This document shows, piece after piece, positions 26,996 to 40,702 of a DNA stretch of 64,000 nucleotides. Location: assembly GCA_043228905.1 (NCBI GenBank), contig JBHGNT010000001.1:33914001-33978000 (forward strand). The letters are read 5' to 3'. The translations under genes were made by a program, and so were the position numbers. The notes below the pieces were generated by a model. The model saw nothing but the letters and a program-made list of their open reading frames with translations, had not been told where the DNA came from and did not search any database. Each line of letters starts with the position of its first letter. Positions within the stretch are counted from its first letter, which is position 1. This stretch comes from Azolla caroliniana. Taxonomy: Eukaryota; Plantae; Polypodiophyta.

Positions 26996-28709
26996 CTCAC
27001 CCATATACCCATCTTTACTTGCGCAGACCATGTTAGGGATTGTGGAGTATGATGGGAGTTATTGAACTACGTTGCGGTATCTCGACACCTCAATTAATCT
27101 AAAAGACTTATATGATTGATGGTGAGGGTGTACTAGAGCCATTTGGGTACCGTGTTTGTGCCAGCAAGGCACTATTGTGCATTCCCATATATTGTATAAG
27201 TTGCGCACCTGATACCAATCTCGACCAGTCGATGTCATTTTATTATTGCTGGAAATGCATCAATGTGCATGCACATCTACATGCACACACAACTGACACA
27301 TTACGTGTCCCTTTGTAAGTATTGAATATGTGATTGTACATATGTGTGCATGTGTGGGTCTATGCCGTGGTGTTTATAAACTATAAAGTGCAATTGTTTA
27401 CTCATGTATTTGCCTATGTATTAACTCTCTATATTTGTGTTTGAGCGAGACGACGTATCTAGGGATGTGCGTGACCACATAATGTTAAGGGAATACTTAA
27501 TTCCAAAGCTAGCTCATATAAGTCCAAATGTTTGTATTTTATCCATGGTTTTGTCGAACAGACTTGTTTTAACTTTTTTTGCAGGCAAGCAATCCTTGGC
27601 GAAAAATAAACTTTTACAAAATCGTTACCTTTTGACTTTCCCGGATTTGACTATCATGGCTAGAAATATGCTCATGCAAGTAGACAATTACTTGGTTATT
27701 TGTAATCATTAGCCCACTGTTCGGAATAGTTTAATGCGAGATGTGTAGATAACCCGCTTTTGCCATTATGTGTGAATGCATGGCGTGCTAACATTTCTTT
27801 GACCACATAGATAAAATATTCAAGCTCACATGCAATTCCCAAATTTGAGGATGGTATGATGTCATTTGGAAAGAGGTGATCCGAGAAGGGACATCGAGCT
27901 TTTTCTCTCGAGATTTAACTAAGCACCATGTCAATGTGTCTTTAGTACCATATGCATGTATTATTATTAAGAGAAGAGTTAAAAACTCACAAAGTGCTAT
28001 GCATTACAAGGAATGTAATCTTGATGCCACGATGTGATCTAGAGAGATGTGATTGATGTTGATAAGGTTGTGTTCGACAGAGAGTATATATTTCCACTCA
28101 TGTGACTCTTATAAAAATGTACTTGACAAAATAAACCACATGCACATATTTTTGAACTCGTTAAGGAGCAATTTGGCCTTTTTATAAATAGTTCATACGA
28201 CAAAGAATGTGCTTTCTTAATTTACGACTTTATTAAAATATGTGTACATATATTAGAGCCATGGTGTAGTGTTCAAAAAAGATGATGTTCTACCAATGCA
28301 AACTCTTATCAATGAAGCACATGTAGCACTATGAAAAGATGATGCTTGACACCACATTTCTTAATTTTATCATATATTAAACTTCTCATCTTAAATAGGG
28401 TTTTACAATACATCAACTGCTAAAGATCATCACATTTTAAGATCACGATCATGCACGATCTTACTTTTGTGGAATTACAATACTTAGTGACAGAAACATC
28501 TTTTGTGGAATGCAATGAATGAGCATGTTAACATTGTTCTTCAAACAAAAATTGTAGTCTACATATAGTAAGGAAAGTCTTCGATATTCACTACGAACTT
28601 ATAAGAGATGATGACCACAAGCTAAGGAAAATTAAGGCTACTTGAAAAAATATAAACGAAGGTTAGGGTGATATGATGTGGGTTCAACAATAACATGATT
28701 GGAGTAGGA

Positions 28710-29109
28710 TTCTGTTTTTAACAATGCCCGTATACAGCTCAACACTATGCTTATTGAATTCTGGATGTTGTTTGTTCACACACTTCATGGCCAATATGAT
28801 GATTTGCAGGATTTAGATGATGTTTTGTGGCAACGACAAGTGGCCTTTAAGAACCGATGGCAAGGACTCCAATTATTTTCAGAGACAACTGCTGGTCCAA
28901 AGTGGAATTATGCCATACCTTCATTTATGTTGGATAGTGGATAGTAAGTATTGTTCTACTTGTTCATATATGACATCATTTGTATCATCAGATGTACTAG
29001 CTTTTGTATCTTACAAAAAGAAGTGAGATAAAATGTCTCCTTCTGTTTTTCTTATGTAGACTTTTCAAGTAATATACTAAGGTGTATCTTCCTTTTTTTT
29101 TTTTTTAAA
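28710..29109 (+). mobile_element. Very short 5'-truncated L1-type LINE 3' end with 18-bp TSD
   Basis: Perfect direct repeat AACATGATTGGAGTAGGA at 28692-28709 and 29110-29127. The insert encodes 'LHGQYDDLQ...KWNYAIP', homologous to the C-terminus 'LHGRYDSIQ...KWNYQAP' of the large LINE at 36837-37046. Confidence 0.85.
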
Positions 29110-29171
29110 AACATGATTGGAGTAGGAAAATCTTTGAATAGCTCTAGAATGTGTATGAAAGTAGTTAGTAA

Positions 29172-29291
29172 CTTTCTAGATATCTATTGTGCATTCTCTT
29201 TGTGACAATTCTATCGAGAAGGAGCAAACCCTTTCTAGATAGCTATTGTGGGTTCTGTTAGTGACAATTCTATTGAGAAAGACCAAACCCT
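29172..29291. repeat. ~60-bp tandem duplication
   Basis: TTTCTAGATA(T/G)CTATTGTG...GTGACAATTCTAT..GAGAA..CAAACCCT occurs twice. Confidence 0.8.
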
Positions 29292-31354
29292 CGCACTCAA
29301 TCCACTTATTCATATCCATCCACTATTAGTACGCAAAGAAAGTATATACATCGACTGCCCTAATATATTGAAGTAAGCTGATCAAAAGCAAATACGTTTG
29401 CGTTCACAAGTGGAAGGATCACACATTCCACTTATAGATTCCTTTTATAATCTTGCGATTTTTTTAGGTACTTTCATAAACTTGACACACCAGTATCACA
29501 TGTTTTAAATAGGATATAAAATTTGCTGATTTTTTGAGATTTAACAAGTGTCAAAATGATAATTTCTAAAATTGAATAGTTTTTCAATAAATGTTTAAAT
29601 GTTGACGGTCAACAGATATGAAATATAGTTAACTTAAAGAAAATTACAATGGTTAACTCAAGGCGCAAGTTAAGATTAATGGTTTCACCATCTTGAGGAG
29701 ATGTAGGTTCCAGAAGTGGAAGTGACATCTATTGTTAGACTTGAAAATGTTTTAAGTATAAGAGGTAACACTGTAATCCATAGTGTCATCATCTATAAAT
29801 TTAGTGCTCATTAACATCCATAAATTCACAACTCAAGAAATGTAGACAATTTTCATAAACAATTTTCATAAATTCACAACTCCAACAATATAGACAATAT
29901 TCATAAACCGTCAAACTTTGACGTGAACTAATATATCAATTTGAACATATCACATAGTTACTAGCGTATCCACATTGCTCTCCGCTTCTTCCTTTTGAGA
30001 ACTCCCCTACAAAATTTGTGCAGTATTATCTACTCCACATAGGCTAGCAATGATAGGGTCCTCAAAAAGCTCGTCGGCAAAGTCAATAAGCTCCCTAGGT
30101 TCTCCAACTAATGGATGAATAGGTTCATGGGATGCAGATTGAAAATATTAAGGCTTTAATCCTCATGTTAATGAAACTCACTTGCTCATCATCCTTTTTA
30201 AGTGCAATAGTATTTCTGAATAGCTTCAATGTAGATGTAGCACACATTAACAACTTAAAATGAAGATTGCTTTAGCTAAACATAAATTATATTGACTTCT
30301 AAAGGCACAACAAATAAAGTTGTAATAATTTACCCGAGCCGAAGAACAAATCTAGTATCCAATCTCCTTCATTGAAGAACATTTCAAATGACAAATATCA
30401 ATATTAAGTAGAATGTATTGATGTAAGATAATATATTCCTTACTGAGCAAGGTTTTCTATCCCATGGCAATGAGATCTCAAGGCTTGTGCTATAGAGTAT
30501 CCTTGGTCCATGCTATGAAATACAACAATTCTCCATAAGGATATTGTCTGTGCGAAATCTTTCACCATCGTCTCAAGTTGTTTAAACATAAATGGTTCAC
30601 ATCGTATGTTGATCGAACCATACAAAATCCGTATGGTATGTCAACAATCAATAATATGTATTCCTTCGATGGCAATGCGTATCATCTCAACCACATCACC
30701 ACAATAGACATTATAGTATAAATCTTAGGTGATATCCTTTTTGTGGCTAAATTTCTTAAAAGTGACACCATCTTCTACACCATATGCCTTCACTAAATGG
30801 TAGTCCTTTTTTTTCCATGCTCTTTCAAGGTGTGTAAGAAATGATGCAGGAAAATCAAGAATATATTTAACTTCTCTCAGTTTCATACTGTCACTATATT
30901 GGTATATTATTGTTGAACAATATTTCTTTACTCTCTGGCTATACTGGCTTCCTCACATTGAGCAGATTCAAAAGGCGAGGCTCGATTATTCAAACGAAAT
31001 TTCTTGACTGTACACTCATCTTGATTTTCAATTGACCTTGTAGGCGCAAGATCTAAAAATATAGAGAAACTCAATTATATGAACTAACAAGTAATTTCAA
31101 ACAACTTGTTTAAAGACAGATTAACTCTAGAAAAGGGCTCTAAATGCAAAAAGAGATAGGTAGATACGAAATATCACAAAATTAATGAATTTTTGTTAAA
31201 TATTATGCGAAACAAACACTAAATAATGCAGTAAAAACACCCATCGAACAATTTTTCTAATGGAAAATCTAGGAAAAAAATAGAAATTCATTACAAAAAT
31301 AGAGATTATTTGTGAAACACAAACTTTAATAGTAAAACACAAACTTCGTAATAC

Positions 31355-31835
31355 AATTCGATACAATGTATCAAGTTCATGTTGAAAACTCAATTTTTTA
31401 CATGGACTCGATACATTGTATCGAGTTCGTGTTGAAAAGCTTAGTTTTCAATATGAACTCGATACATTGTACCAAGTTCATGTTTTTTTTGGTTTTTAAA
31501 ATAAATAAAAAATTGAGCTTGAACTGATGATAAAACCAAAATTTTCACCACAAATTCAATATAATGTATTGAATTAATGTTTAAAGTTTTTTTTTCCCAT
31601 AAAGAACCAAAAATAATAATAAATAAATAATGTTTAAAAAATACTTTAAACATGAACTCGATACATTGTATCGAATTGTGATGAAAACTCTAGTTTTTCA
31701 TCAACTCAAGCTCAAATTGTTTTTTTTTTTTTTTTAATCCAACAAAAAAACTCAGAAGATGAATTCGATGCATCATATCAAATTGTAATGAAAACTCTAC
31801 GTTTTACATCAACTCAATACAATGTATGAATTTCA
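31355..31835. repeat. Array of 7 palindromic 23-bp motifs (consensus AACTCGATACA-W-TGTATCGAGTT) with a larger fold-back
   Basis: Copies at ~31355, 31405, 31456, 31553, 31655, 31762 and 31811. In addition, 31513-31586 is the inverted complement of ~31644-31715. Confidence 0.8.
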
Positions 31836-32808
31836 TGTTTAAAAATGTTCTTTTTTTCAAATGTATGAATTTCATGTTTAAAAATGTTCAGAACTCTAAT
31901 TGTACTAAAATCTTTGTTTTTACAAGAGAAAAAGAAGCATATCGATAATGCAAAGAGCTATGTTGCATGACAAGATACTTTATGGTGAACATATTCTTCA
32001 TTGATCAACAAAAAACAATCAATAATTGTGTTTATGATCATTGAACCTTAAAAATGTCGTTTACATGGTCTATAAAATATTCTTGTGGTCTCAATCACCA
32101 CTTCAAGCACTTAATGTTGATCTTCTTAGTTTGGTTCATCCACAACAAAGACACATTTATGTGGAACCAAGGATGACAATAGGAGCATAACTTAGGTGAC
32201 AACGAAACTTGCAAGAACTTAAGGTGGGGATATTAATAACTACACATGACCTGTGCTAATTTTGGATTGGTAAAGTTTTGGATGTGGTGATGCATTAAAC
32301 TTTTGTAATACATCTATCATTGACATTAGTGAGGTGAATATCATTGTGTATGACTTTACATTAACAAAAGTTGGACGTTTAAGGAAGACAACGATAGACA
32401 TATCATCATGTAAATCATGCTAGAACTATGAAAATCATAATATCAGGGAACAATAAAAAACATTTGACTGAAGAAAGTAGATCACTGCATATAAAGTCTT
32501 AATCAAGTGCAACATTGAATTGCTTGGTCGCCAAAATAATTGCAAATGTTCACATATATTGCTTATAACTAGGAAAGTTTAACTTAAAGCATGTCAACAA
32601 AAGGTTAGTCCAAATGTATAAAAGCAGTTAGTGTTCCCATAAATCGGGTCTTACAATTTCCTTTGAAGAGGAAGGTAAAAGGATAACATTTGTGCCACAA
32701 AGATACCAATTGCAAGGTTTGTTTGGTTAAAATAATCAAATATTTAGAAATAATTAATAGTCAAAATAACAAGAATTATTAATCCATATAGTGTATGTAG
32801 TATGAAGT

Positions 32809-34929
32809 TCAACATGAACTTCCTACTACACAATCTAAGGGTCCAGCATTGCTTGTCATGAATGGTGCAAATGTTCTTGATCCAATTTGACCATATTGCC
32901 TCTCTACATTTATTAGTGCCCCTGATTGAACAAAGTATGCCCCATTCAAGAATGTGTCATCTAAAGATCGCCATGTCCACTCCGTCCAATTTCCTTGGCT
33001 CTCTCTCTTTGTAACCTTCAATAATTCAAGAAATGTGTTTAAGTTTGCTATGCTCTACAATGGCACTTATAACGAACCAAAACTTTGTTATAATAAGAAT
33101 TGAAGGAAAGTAACTACTAAGTTGTATGTGACAAAAGAATGCCAACTAAGGATGTAACATGTGAAAATATTTAAACATTTCCCTTTTTTACTGAGAATAC
33201 TTTGTTAACTTTAATGATTTAATGATATGAAAAATGCCAGAATTGACTTTGAATCGTCCACAGGTACCCAATTTAATGATATGAAAAATTAGAGATGGAA
33301 AATCTAATGTAAGTACCCAATTTAAATTAATTTAAGCACATATCCTTTTTATTGTTACTTGTTAACTTATTCTATTGAAAAAGAATTGAAATATAAGAGT
33401 GGATGATGGCCTATTTTGACAATGTATTACGTGCATTTGCATTTGAGGTTTTGCTTATAGAGTAATGATGGCTTGAAGTAGATAAATAACACACCTCCTT
33501 TTTAGAAGCTGCAAGAAAACGATTCCCTTGACTAATGATAGTAGGATTTGCACTTCCACCTATCGCATACATACTCCACTCATAATAATCATTGTTTACA
33601 ACATGGAAAAGTCCAAAACGACACCTGTAGATACCATGTTGAAACTTACAATGCCTTACATATTTTATATAAATCTACACATATAATTGCATACTACAAC
33701 ATCATAACAATTGCATGTCTATCTATGTAGTAACAACGATGATTGAATCAGTCTTCTGCCCTATGAGAATCTTGATATTCACAATGAAGTTTATTCACGT
33801 AAGGAGTGTAAACAATGAGATATACCATGTGACGCATTTACACAATTCAAGACCTATGCAAAGAATGGGCATTGGGACTTGAGTAATGCATTTTATATTA
33901 TGGCATGGCTACATAAAACAATTATCTAAGAATGGAAGAGTATCTATTACCGAGGCATTCGTTGCACAAGACCAGGACCAAAATGATTAAAGATGATAGT
34001 AACTTGCATTGCTTTATCATCTATGAAAGCATCATTATGACCCAACAACATGACCTACACATATAGAATATACCATGTCAAATATGTTCCATGTTTATAT
34101 ACAAAAGGAAAGAATGCATATGTTATATGATATATCATTAAATATGTCCTATCACCTTATCATGATTCACAAAGAGGTTGTTGGAGATAGTGACACGTGT
34201 GGAGGCATGCACTACATCCACAAGTCCATCGTGACATGAGGAAAAATAGTTATGGTCGATCCAAATGTCCTTGGAGGCAAAAACACTTATTCCATCCCCA
34301 TCAGATCCTTGTCGAAACCCAATGTGGGCACTTGAGCTCATGACTCGACCAGGTGTACCAAGGGTGCAATTATGGATGTGCAAACCATGGATGATGACAT
34401 TGCTCACATTTTGAATTGTGAAGCACGGACCATGGGATATGTGCACATTTGTGCCTCTTGCATCTAAGGTTTTGTCACTTGTAAATATGAGCTCATTTTG
34501 TAGGGTGATGTTCATGTCATGTGCGAAGTAGATCCATAGGGGAGTCAAGCGTGTGATGGCATGCCGCAATGTGCCAAGTGTCGGATTACTAGGGTCATCA
34601 TCTGACGGATCCGAGACTACATAATATTCTCCTCCTTGTCCACCTTTGGCATGGCTACCAAATCCCACGACACAATTAGCTAGAGCCATTCTATCATCTG
34701 CCCAATTAGGGTTGTTTCTCCAACATGCATCAATTATATTCATGTGTGTATGATCAAGAGATGTAAAATTAGGGGTACTAATGTCAAGGTGGTGGTTGTT
34801 CATATTTTTGTTATTACTAGTACATGAAACCATAGGCATTTTGGTGGTTATGAAGGTTATGGAAACTAGTATGATCGTGATGGCAAGAAGAAAGGATAGT
34901 GGATGTAGAAGGCAAGATGGCTTCTCCAT
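32809..34929 (-). CDS. Pectate lyase (polysaccharide lyase family 1), secreted, 404 aa
   Basis: Exons 34929-34156, 34054-33951, 33624-33495 and 33015-32809 total 1215 nt in frame. Hydrophobic N-terminus, [58 protein letters not shown]. Confidence 0.97.
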
Positions 34930-35044
34930 TTGAGATGGAGAAGAGAAAGAGAGAGAGAGTAGGGCTAGTGATAGTAGAGTGGAAGGTGGTGGGTTAATAA
35001 AGGGGCCATGCAAAGAGAGATGCTCTCAATGATTGATTGTTTAA

Positions 35045-35048
<4 letters not shown>

Positions 35049-35094
<46 letters not shown>
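35049..35094. repeat. (GA)n microsatellite upstream of the pectate lyase
   Basis: Directly visible. Confidence 0.95.
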
Positions 35095-35098
<4 letters not shown>

Positions 35099-38000
35099 TC
35101 AATTGTTACATGCCTCTCTCATGAGCTTTCTTTCTCTCTAGTTTCCAACAAAAACCTACATAAAGTGTGCATACACACTTTTGGAGAGTTCTTGATTTTC
35201 TTGTCCCTTTTGATTTAGTTTCCATTTCAAATGATTTGTTTTCCGTGTATATTGGTCGATATGAAACAATTGATCAAAAAGTACATCAATAACCTATTGC
35301 TTGCTTTCATTTATATATAGTCTCAAAGTTTCTTTAGTTACCTCAAGCAATTGATACAATTAAGTTCTCTATCTACTAAACTCTCTTTTCCTATGTTTTA
35401 AAAATAGTAATAAAATCCTTACACTACTAAGCATGTGGCGGGAAGGTTCCATTCGAGAGTCTCTATTTGGTTTGCCATGGATGTCGATATTGTCTCTCTC
35501 TACAAACAAGAATAGACTCTTTGAGAACCTACTGTCAAATCATGGGTTTCTCATGCATGGACTTCACTCCATTCATTCTAAAATCCCTATGGATAAAAAA
35601 GGCTTCTCTTCATTACTAAATCATTCAAGGTAGTTCTTTCATTATAGCATGTTATTAAACATTCTATACATTTGAATTATGTTGTTCTTTCATTATCAAT
35701 GATTAAACAATGTACCTTCCATCTAATAATACCTAGCTTTATTGAATAATGGTTTTTTTTTGTGAAATAACATGTTGTAAGTAGCTTCTATGATGTCAAA
35801 ATATAAATCTTTCTTCTTTTACTTTGTGATAAGTTACTAACCTAAATGTCTTGCGAGCATTTTCTCTACTACCCATGAAATACATAAAAATAAAATTAGT
35901 TGTACTAAAGTTGGTTGCTTCCAACTAGGAAATATAAATTGACAAACTCCTAAATCTTAGCCTCAAATGATGCTGAAATGATAGTAAAGTTACTAGATCC
36001 CATATCCCACCAATTTACTAGATGACTATGTGAAATAAAGTCGATCAAGCACGACCTTCTTGTCTTTATATTAGTCCTTGACCTTATTGTTAGGCATTAG
36101 ATTTTCTATGTCCTTTTCTCCTTACAATCAACTTACCCTAAGGTTGCCCAATTGCAACATTCTTTAGAAAGATTTTAGAATCTCAAGAGTTGCTACATCC
36201 TTGCAACAATCTACGTGAAGATCTTTCACTTTCAATACTATTGGTTATATTTAAACTCATTGTCATCAATAGGAATGGGCATGGTTCGGTTCGGTTTCAA
36301 GGCAAAGAAACGGAACCGAACCATTTATATAAAACAAAAACCAACCCAAACTGTTTATGAACTCTCAAACCATTTAAACCAAACCATTTGAGGAAAAGCA
36401 AACCAAACCAAACCATTAAAACCCAAACTATTAGGGAAAAGTTAAAACCGAACCGAACCATTTAAGTCAAACTAATTAAAAATCTAAATAAACAAAAGTA
36501 CATTAAATTAAATAAGCATTTAAGTTAAATTAATTAAATCCATAAAAAACCTTTAATTTTATTTTAAAAAATTCCCAAAAAAATACTACTTCGCATTAGT
36601 TAGCAAATAGAATACAATAGAGTTTACCCAAATCCACAATGGGATCAACATATACAACTTAGAGGAACAACTCCAAAACTATCAAACAAAAACTCAACCA
36701 ATCCTTAACTCAAACAAAATTGAAATAAACCCTATTTTACCCCTACTCTACATCTCCCAACTAACTCTTTTCTAACATCATTATCCGGGTAACATGACTA
36801 TACTAACCCATGTTTGGGTTAGCTATACATACATAATTACAACCCATGTACAATATTGGGAGCCATCCACCTAGGTGCCTGGTAATTCCACTTAGTCCTC
36901 GATGAAGATTTGACTATCATGGGAGAGCTACTCCATTTTAGCAAGAACTTTGACCTTGCCCTTTTTGCTTCTTCCGATTCCCCCTGAATCGAATCATACC
37001 GACCGTGCAACCAAGCCACAAGATCAAACCGGATATTTAACATCATCTCCCCGCATGAGAGTTTTTGTTGCTGAAAAACAAACTTACAACGCCTGACCCA
37101 AATGTGTCATGCCGTTAAACACGCCACCATAAGCCAAATCTCCTCAAAAATTTCAGAATTTGGGCCTGGTCTCACCCCATCACATTGGAACACGCTACCA
37201 CCCTGCACTATAAATCCATGTCCTTGTGGGTTTAACCGTTCACCCTAGCTTTCCCCTTTTAGAGACAATCCTTGTATTGAGCCCCACACAACGTTCCCTT
37301 TCACACCATAGGTTGCCACGATTCGAAGGGTTCTACTCCAAATGGTAATCGCCTCTATACAATTCCAAAAATAGTGAGAGATTGATGATCCCTAAACAGT
37401 GAGAGATTGATTCCAGCCTCACCACCATGGGAACTCAACCACTCGCCTACAGGTACCGCCTTCTGGCTAAGAAGCCACAACCAAGCCTTAATTTTTTCTG
37501 GCATATCCAATGCCCATAGTCTCCTCCAACACGACTTCAAATAGTTGTCTGAAATGCCTTTATCCTTCCAATTATTACGAATCATTACAACACCCACGGT
37601 TTTGGAGCCAATGATTTGTCTTCCTAGCTTGGTATTGTACTCAAAAAACTTTTTCAAGTTGTTTGTTCCTGGTGTCTGCCACCATACCTCCAATGGATCC
37701 CACTTCAAATCATATAAGGGCTTGTTATTGAAAAGTCATATTTTACAATCATGATCCAGTGTCTTAGGGTCTGGGTTCAGTTGCCACCTCCTACCCTCCA
37801 ACACCGCCACCCGCAATGCCAACCACCTACCATCATTTGTCAAAAAACTTAGGTTACCCCACAACCGAGCCTCACTAGTTGAGCACCTACCACAGATAAG
37901 TTGTGCATCACCTTCACCTACAAACCAACCTGGCAAAACTGCCTCTTCCGTAGTCAACTTACCTAATCCATTAATAACCCCTTTTATCAAATGGGTCACC

Positions 38001-38265
38001 TTCTCTAATCTTCCAGTAATCCTACAACTAACAGCCTGACCCGCCCGCCTCTTCATGCCGAAGACCTCCCAATCCTGTACCGACCTAATCTTGTACCCTA
38101 GCATCCTTCCCCAAGGCAAGTACCTTCCCTAGCCTGACCCGCCCGCCTCTTCACTTCTAATCCTAGGGTTCCAAAACAATTATGGTTGTCGTAGCTATTC
38201 ATCCAGTGTTTTCAATTGCATTAAGACCAACCCTTCTCTTAAACTTGACCATGCCTTCATTACGG

Positions 38266-39038
38266 TGTCGCAGAAATCCGCTCGTGCATGTCGGATAGGA
38301 CAGGACCACGAGGGTCTTGGACTAGAGAGTGAGAGAAGGGAAAAAAGCTTAGGAGTTTAACCGAGAAGGGAAAGATTAAGGTTAGAGAGGTTAAGATTGG
38401 AGAGATTAAGATTAGAGACAAGACAAGACAAGATTCATCGAATGATTATATTACGAAAACACCACATGAATTACAACCATGGCCGCGTAGGCCGAATGTA
38501 AACCCTCTAGATGAAACCCTGACCGGATAGGGGAAAAGAAGAAGACGAATGAAACCCCTAAAACGAGATCCTAAAACCCAAAATTCTGAAACCTTAATGG
38601 CAACCCAAAGAAACCCAAAAAGTGGAAGCCCCTCAAAAATGGCCCCTCACTCCCTTTTATAGTAGTAAGGGGTGAGGCACATTACATAAAGAAGAAGTCA
38701 ACCCCCCCTCCTTTCAATGGGGGAATATTTGGCCTTGATCTTAAGAGGAGAGATTGATCGAGCCTTAACTCCCTCCCTCACACACACACTATGCCCACTA
38801 CTCACTACACCCATACTTCATGTACTCTCCCTTTAGTCTACATGTGCATGTGCACATAAATGCACATCACATTTACACTTTATGAATTTTCATAGTGCAC
38901 TTTTAACACCTTACATTTACCCTTCCTTTTTTACATTTGTTTCTTTTACAAATCTTCCAAGTGCATGTCCAATGTTGCACATCCCCATATTATCTATCCC
39001 ACTTGGTTTTCCCACCCTAGCTGAAAATCCTCATGACA
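38266..39038 (-). mobile_element. Solo-LTR-like insertion 1 (773 bp) in LINE ORF2
   Basis: Termini TGTCGC...ATGACA with flanks ACGG/ACGA (4-bp TSD, 1 mismatch). Removal restores the LINE peptide 'MEDRVVRVVMKAWSSLR'. Minus-strand TATA CTATAAAAGG at ~38660. Confidence 0.8.
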
Positions 39039-39693
39039 ACGACGCGAACCACCCTATCCTCCATGCTAGCCGGTTCTTTCAACTTTAGAGCTAGACTGAA
39101 CATCCACCATGTATTTGCCTGCCAAGGACCACCATTCCTAGGACACCAAAGGTCAGCTTTGTTCCTAAGGAGCACCTTCCACAATTCTGGTCCAGGTTGC
39201 AGACTTCGCTCCAAAAGCTTACAAGTAGAGCCTTACTTTGGTGAACTGGATCCACCAGTCCAAGTCCTCCCTGATTCTTTGTCTTAATTAAACAACCCCA
39301 TGCCACTTTAGTTGACGCCATCTCATTATCTCTATCCGACCACAAGAACCCTCTCACCATTGCCTCAATATTTTTTATGTAGGCTTTGTCTAACATCCAA
39401 TATGCCATTGAATGCCACATGGTGGCCAGCAAAGTATGGTTCACCACCACAACCCTACCAACAAGGGAGAGCTTTACTAATGCCCACAACCGAAGCTTTT
39501 TTCTAATTTTGTCTTTGACTTGTTCAAGCTGCTAATTTTTAGGTGTCTCAACTCCCACCAAAAAGCCCAAACACTTAACAGCCATCCCATTGGGGACCCA
39601 TTAAAAATCAACGTTAGGACACCATAACGGTCGTGGGTTTGAACTTACCCAGAATCCTCTACTTTTGTTCCAATTAATTTTCCCCCCTAACGC

Positions 39694-40358
39694 TGTCGTG
39701 ATGTGGCATGTCTAGTGCGAGAAAAAGTCAAAAATTGAGGATCCACACACATTTCACGAATACTTGTAAAAATGAAAATAAATAAACCTAGGTCACAATG
39801 GCATTGAGTGCATGTAGAGGGTTGCAGGTAGGATTTGAACCTTGCACCTCTAAGATAAGAGGCAATTACCTTACCACTAAAGCTACTACTAAATGCTTTA
39901 GATGTTCTATAATTCTTTCTCATATTCAGTATTCCGTAGGAAACAAACGAACAAAACCGTGTACACAAAACCACGGTTTTAAGCCCATGGTTTCCTGCAT
40001 GTCACAAAGCAAAACTGTGTGCATAGAAACCATGGCTCCAAGCCCATGGTTTTGTGCATGGACAAACCTATAAAACCCCTAGTACGACTTGTGTAAAGGG
40101 GGGGGTTCAATATAATATGACCATCATCATCACCATCAATAATATAAGCTTCTATTTCTTCTTCTTCGCATCTATCTTGTAATTATTTATCTACTTCTCA
40201 AAGTGTACAATCTTCAATCTTCTCAAGTGTAATAGGTCTTCCTCCAATCTTACATTCACATCGTCCTCTTCTCAATACCTTGACGGACATCCTCCTTGGT
40301 CCAAGACCCCGGTGGTCCCGCTCAAGCGAAGCACGCTCGCATGCGCATCTTCGCGACA
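39694..40358 (+). mobile_element. Solo-LTR-like insertion 2 (665 bp) in the LINE RT
   Basis: Termini TGTCGTGA...TCGCGACA with perfect 4-bp TSD ACGC. Removal restores 'WFCKALGGKINWNKSRGFW'. TATA CTATAAAA at ~40067. Confidence 0.85.
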
Positions 40359-40702
40359 ACGCTTTGCAAAACCACTCAATCCGTCCTTCAACCTTCTGTA
40401 AATTAGCATCGTTGCCTTGCAAGTAAAGCATAGTGTCATCTGCATACTCAAAGTTCAGCAAATCCTTGCTCGGATGTGGAATAACTAAACCCCTTATTCC
40501 TGCATCCAATCTGTTAAAAAAGAAGGAGAATGCCTCTGTAATAAATAAATAAAGATAGGGGGCCAACGGGCACCCCTATCTAACAGATCTGCGTAATGGA
40601 ATCGATGGGCCACGATGCCCTGTCACTAACACCCTACTCGAACTTCCTTTGTAAAGGGCCATCGCAGCCAATCTCTATTTTAAAGGTAATCCCAACCTTA
40701 AC

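Noticed and set aside
27030-31000. Short ORFs at 27-28.6 kb and 29.5-31 kb as genes
   Set aside because: No splice-consistent chain or recognisable motif; probably old TE debris that I cannot classify.
31355-31835. CRISPR array
   Set aside because: Eukaryotic context, degenerate repeats, spacers related to each other and no cas genes.
34930-35013. N-terminal extension of the pectate lyase ORF
   Set aside because: The ORF-track start is not an in-frame ATG; the first in-frame ATG (34929) precedes a signal-like segment.
39815-39892. Functional tRNA gene
   Set aside because: No proper acceptor stem or canonical anticodon arm, and it lies inside an LTR-like insert.
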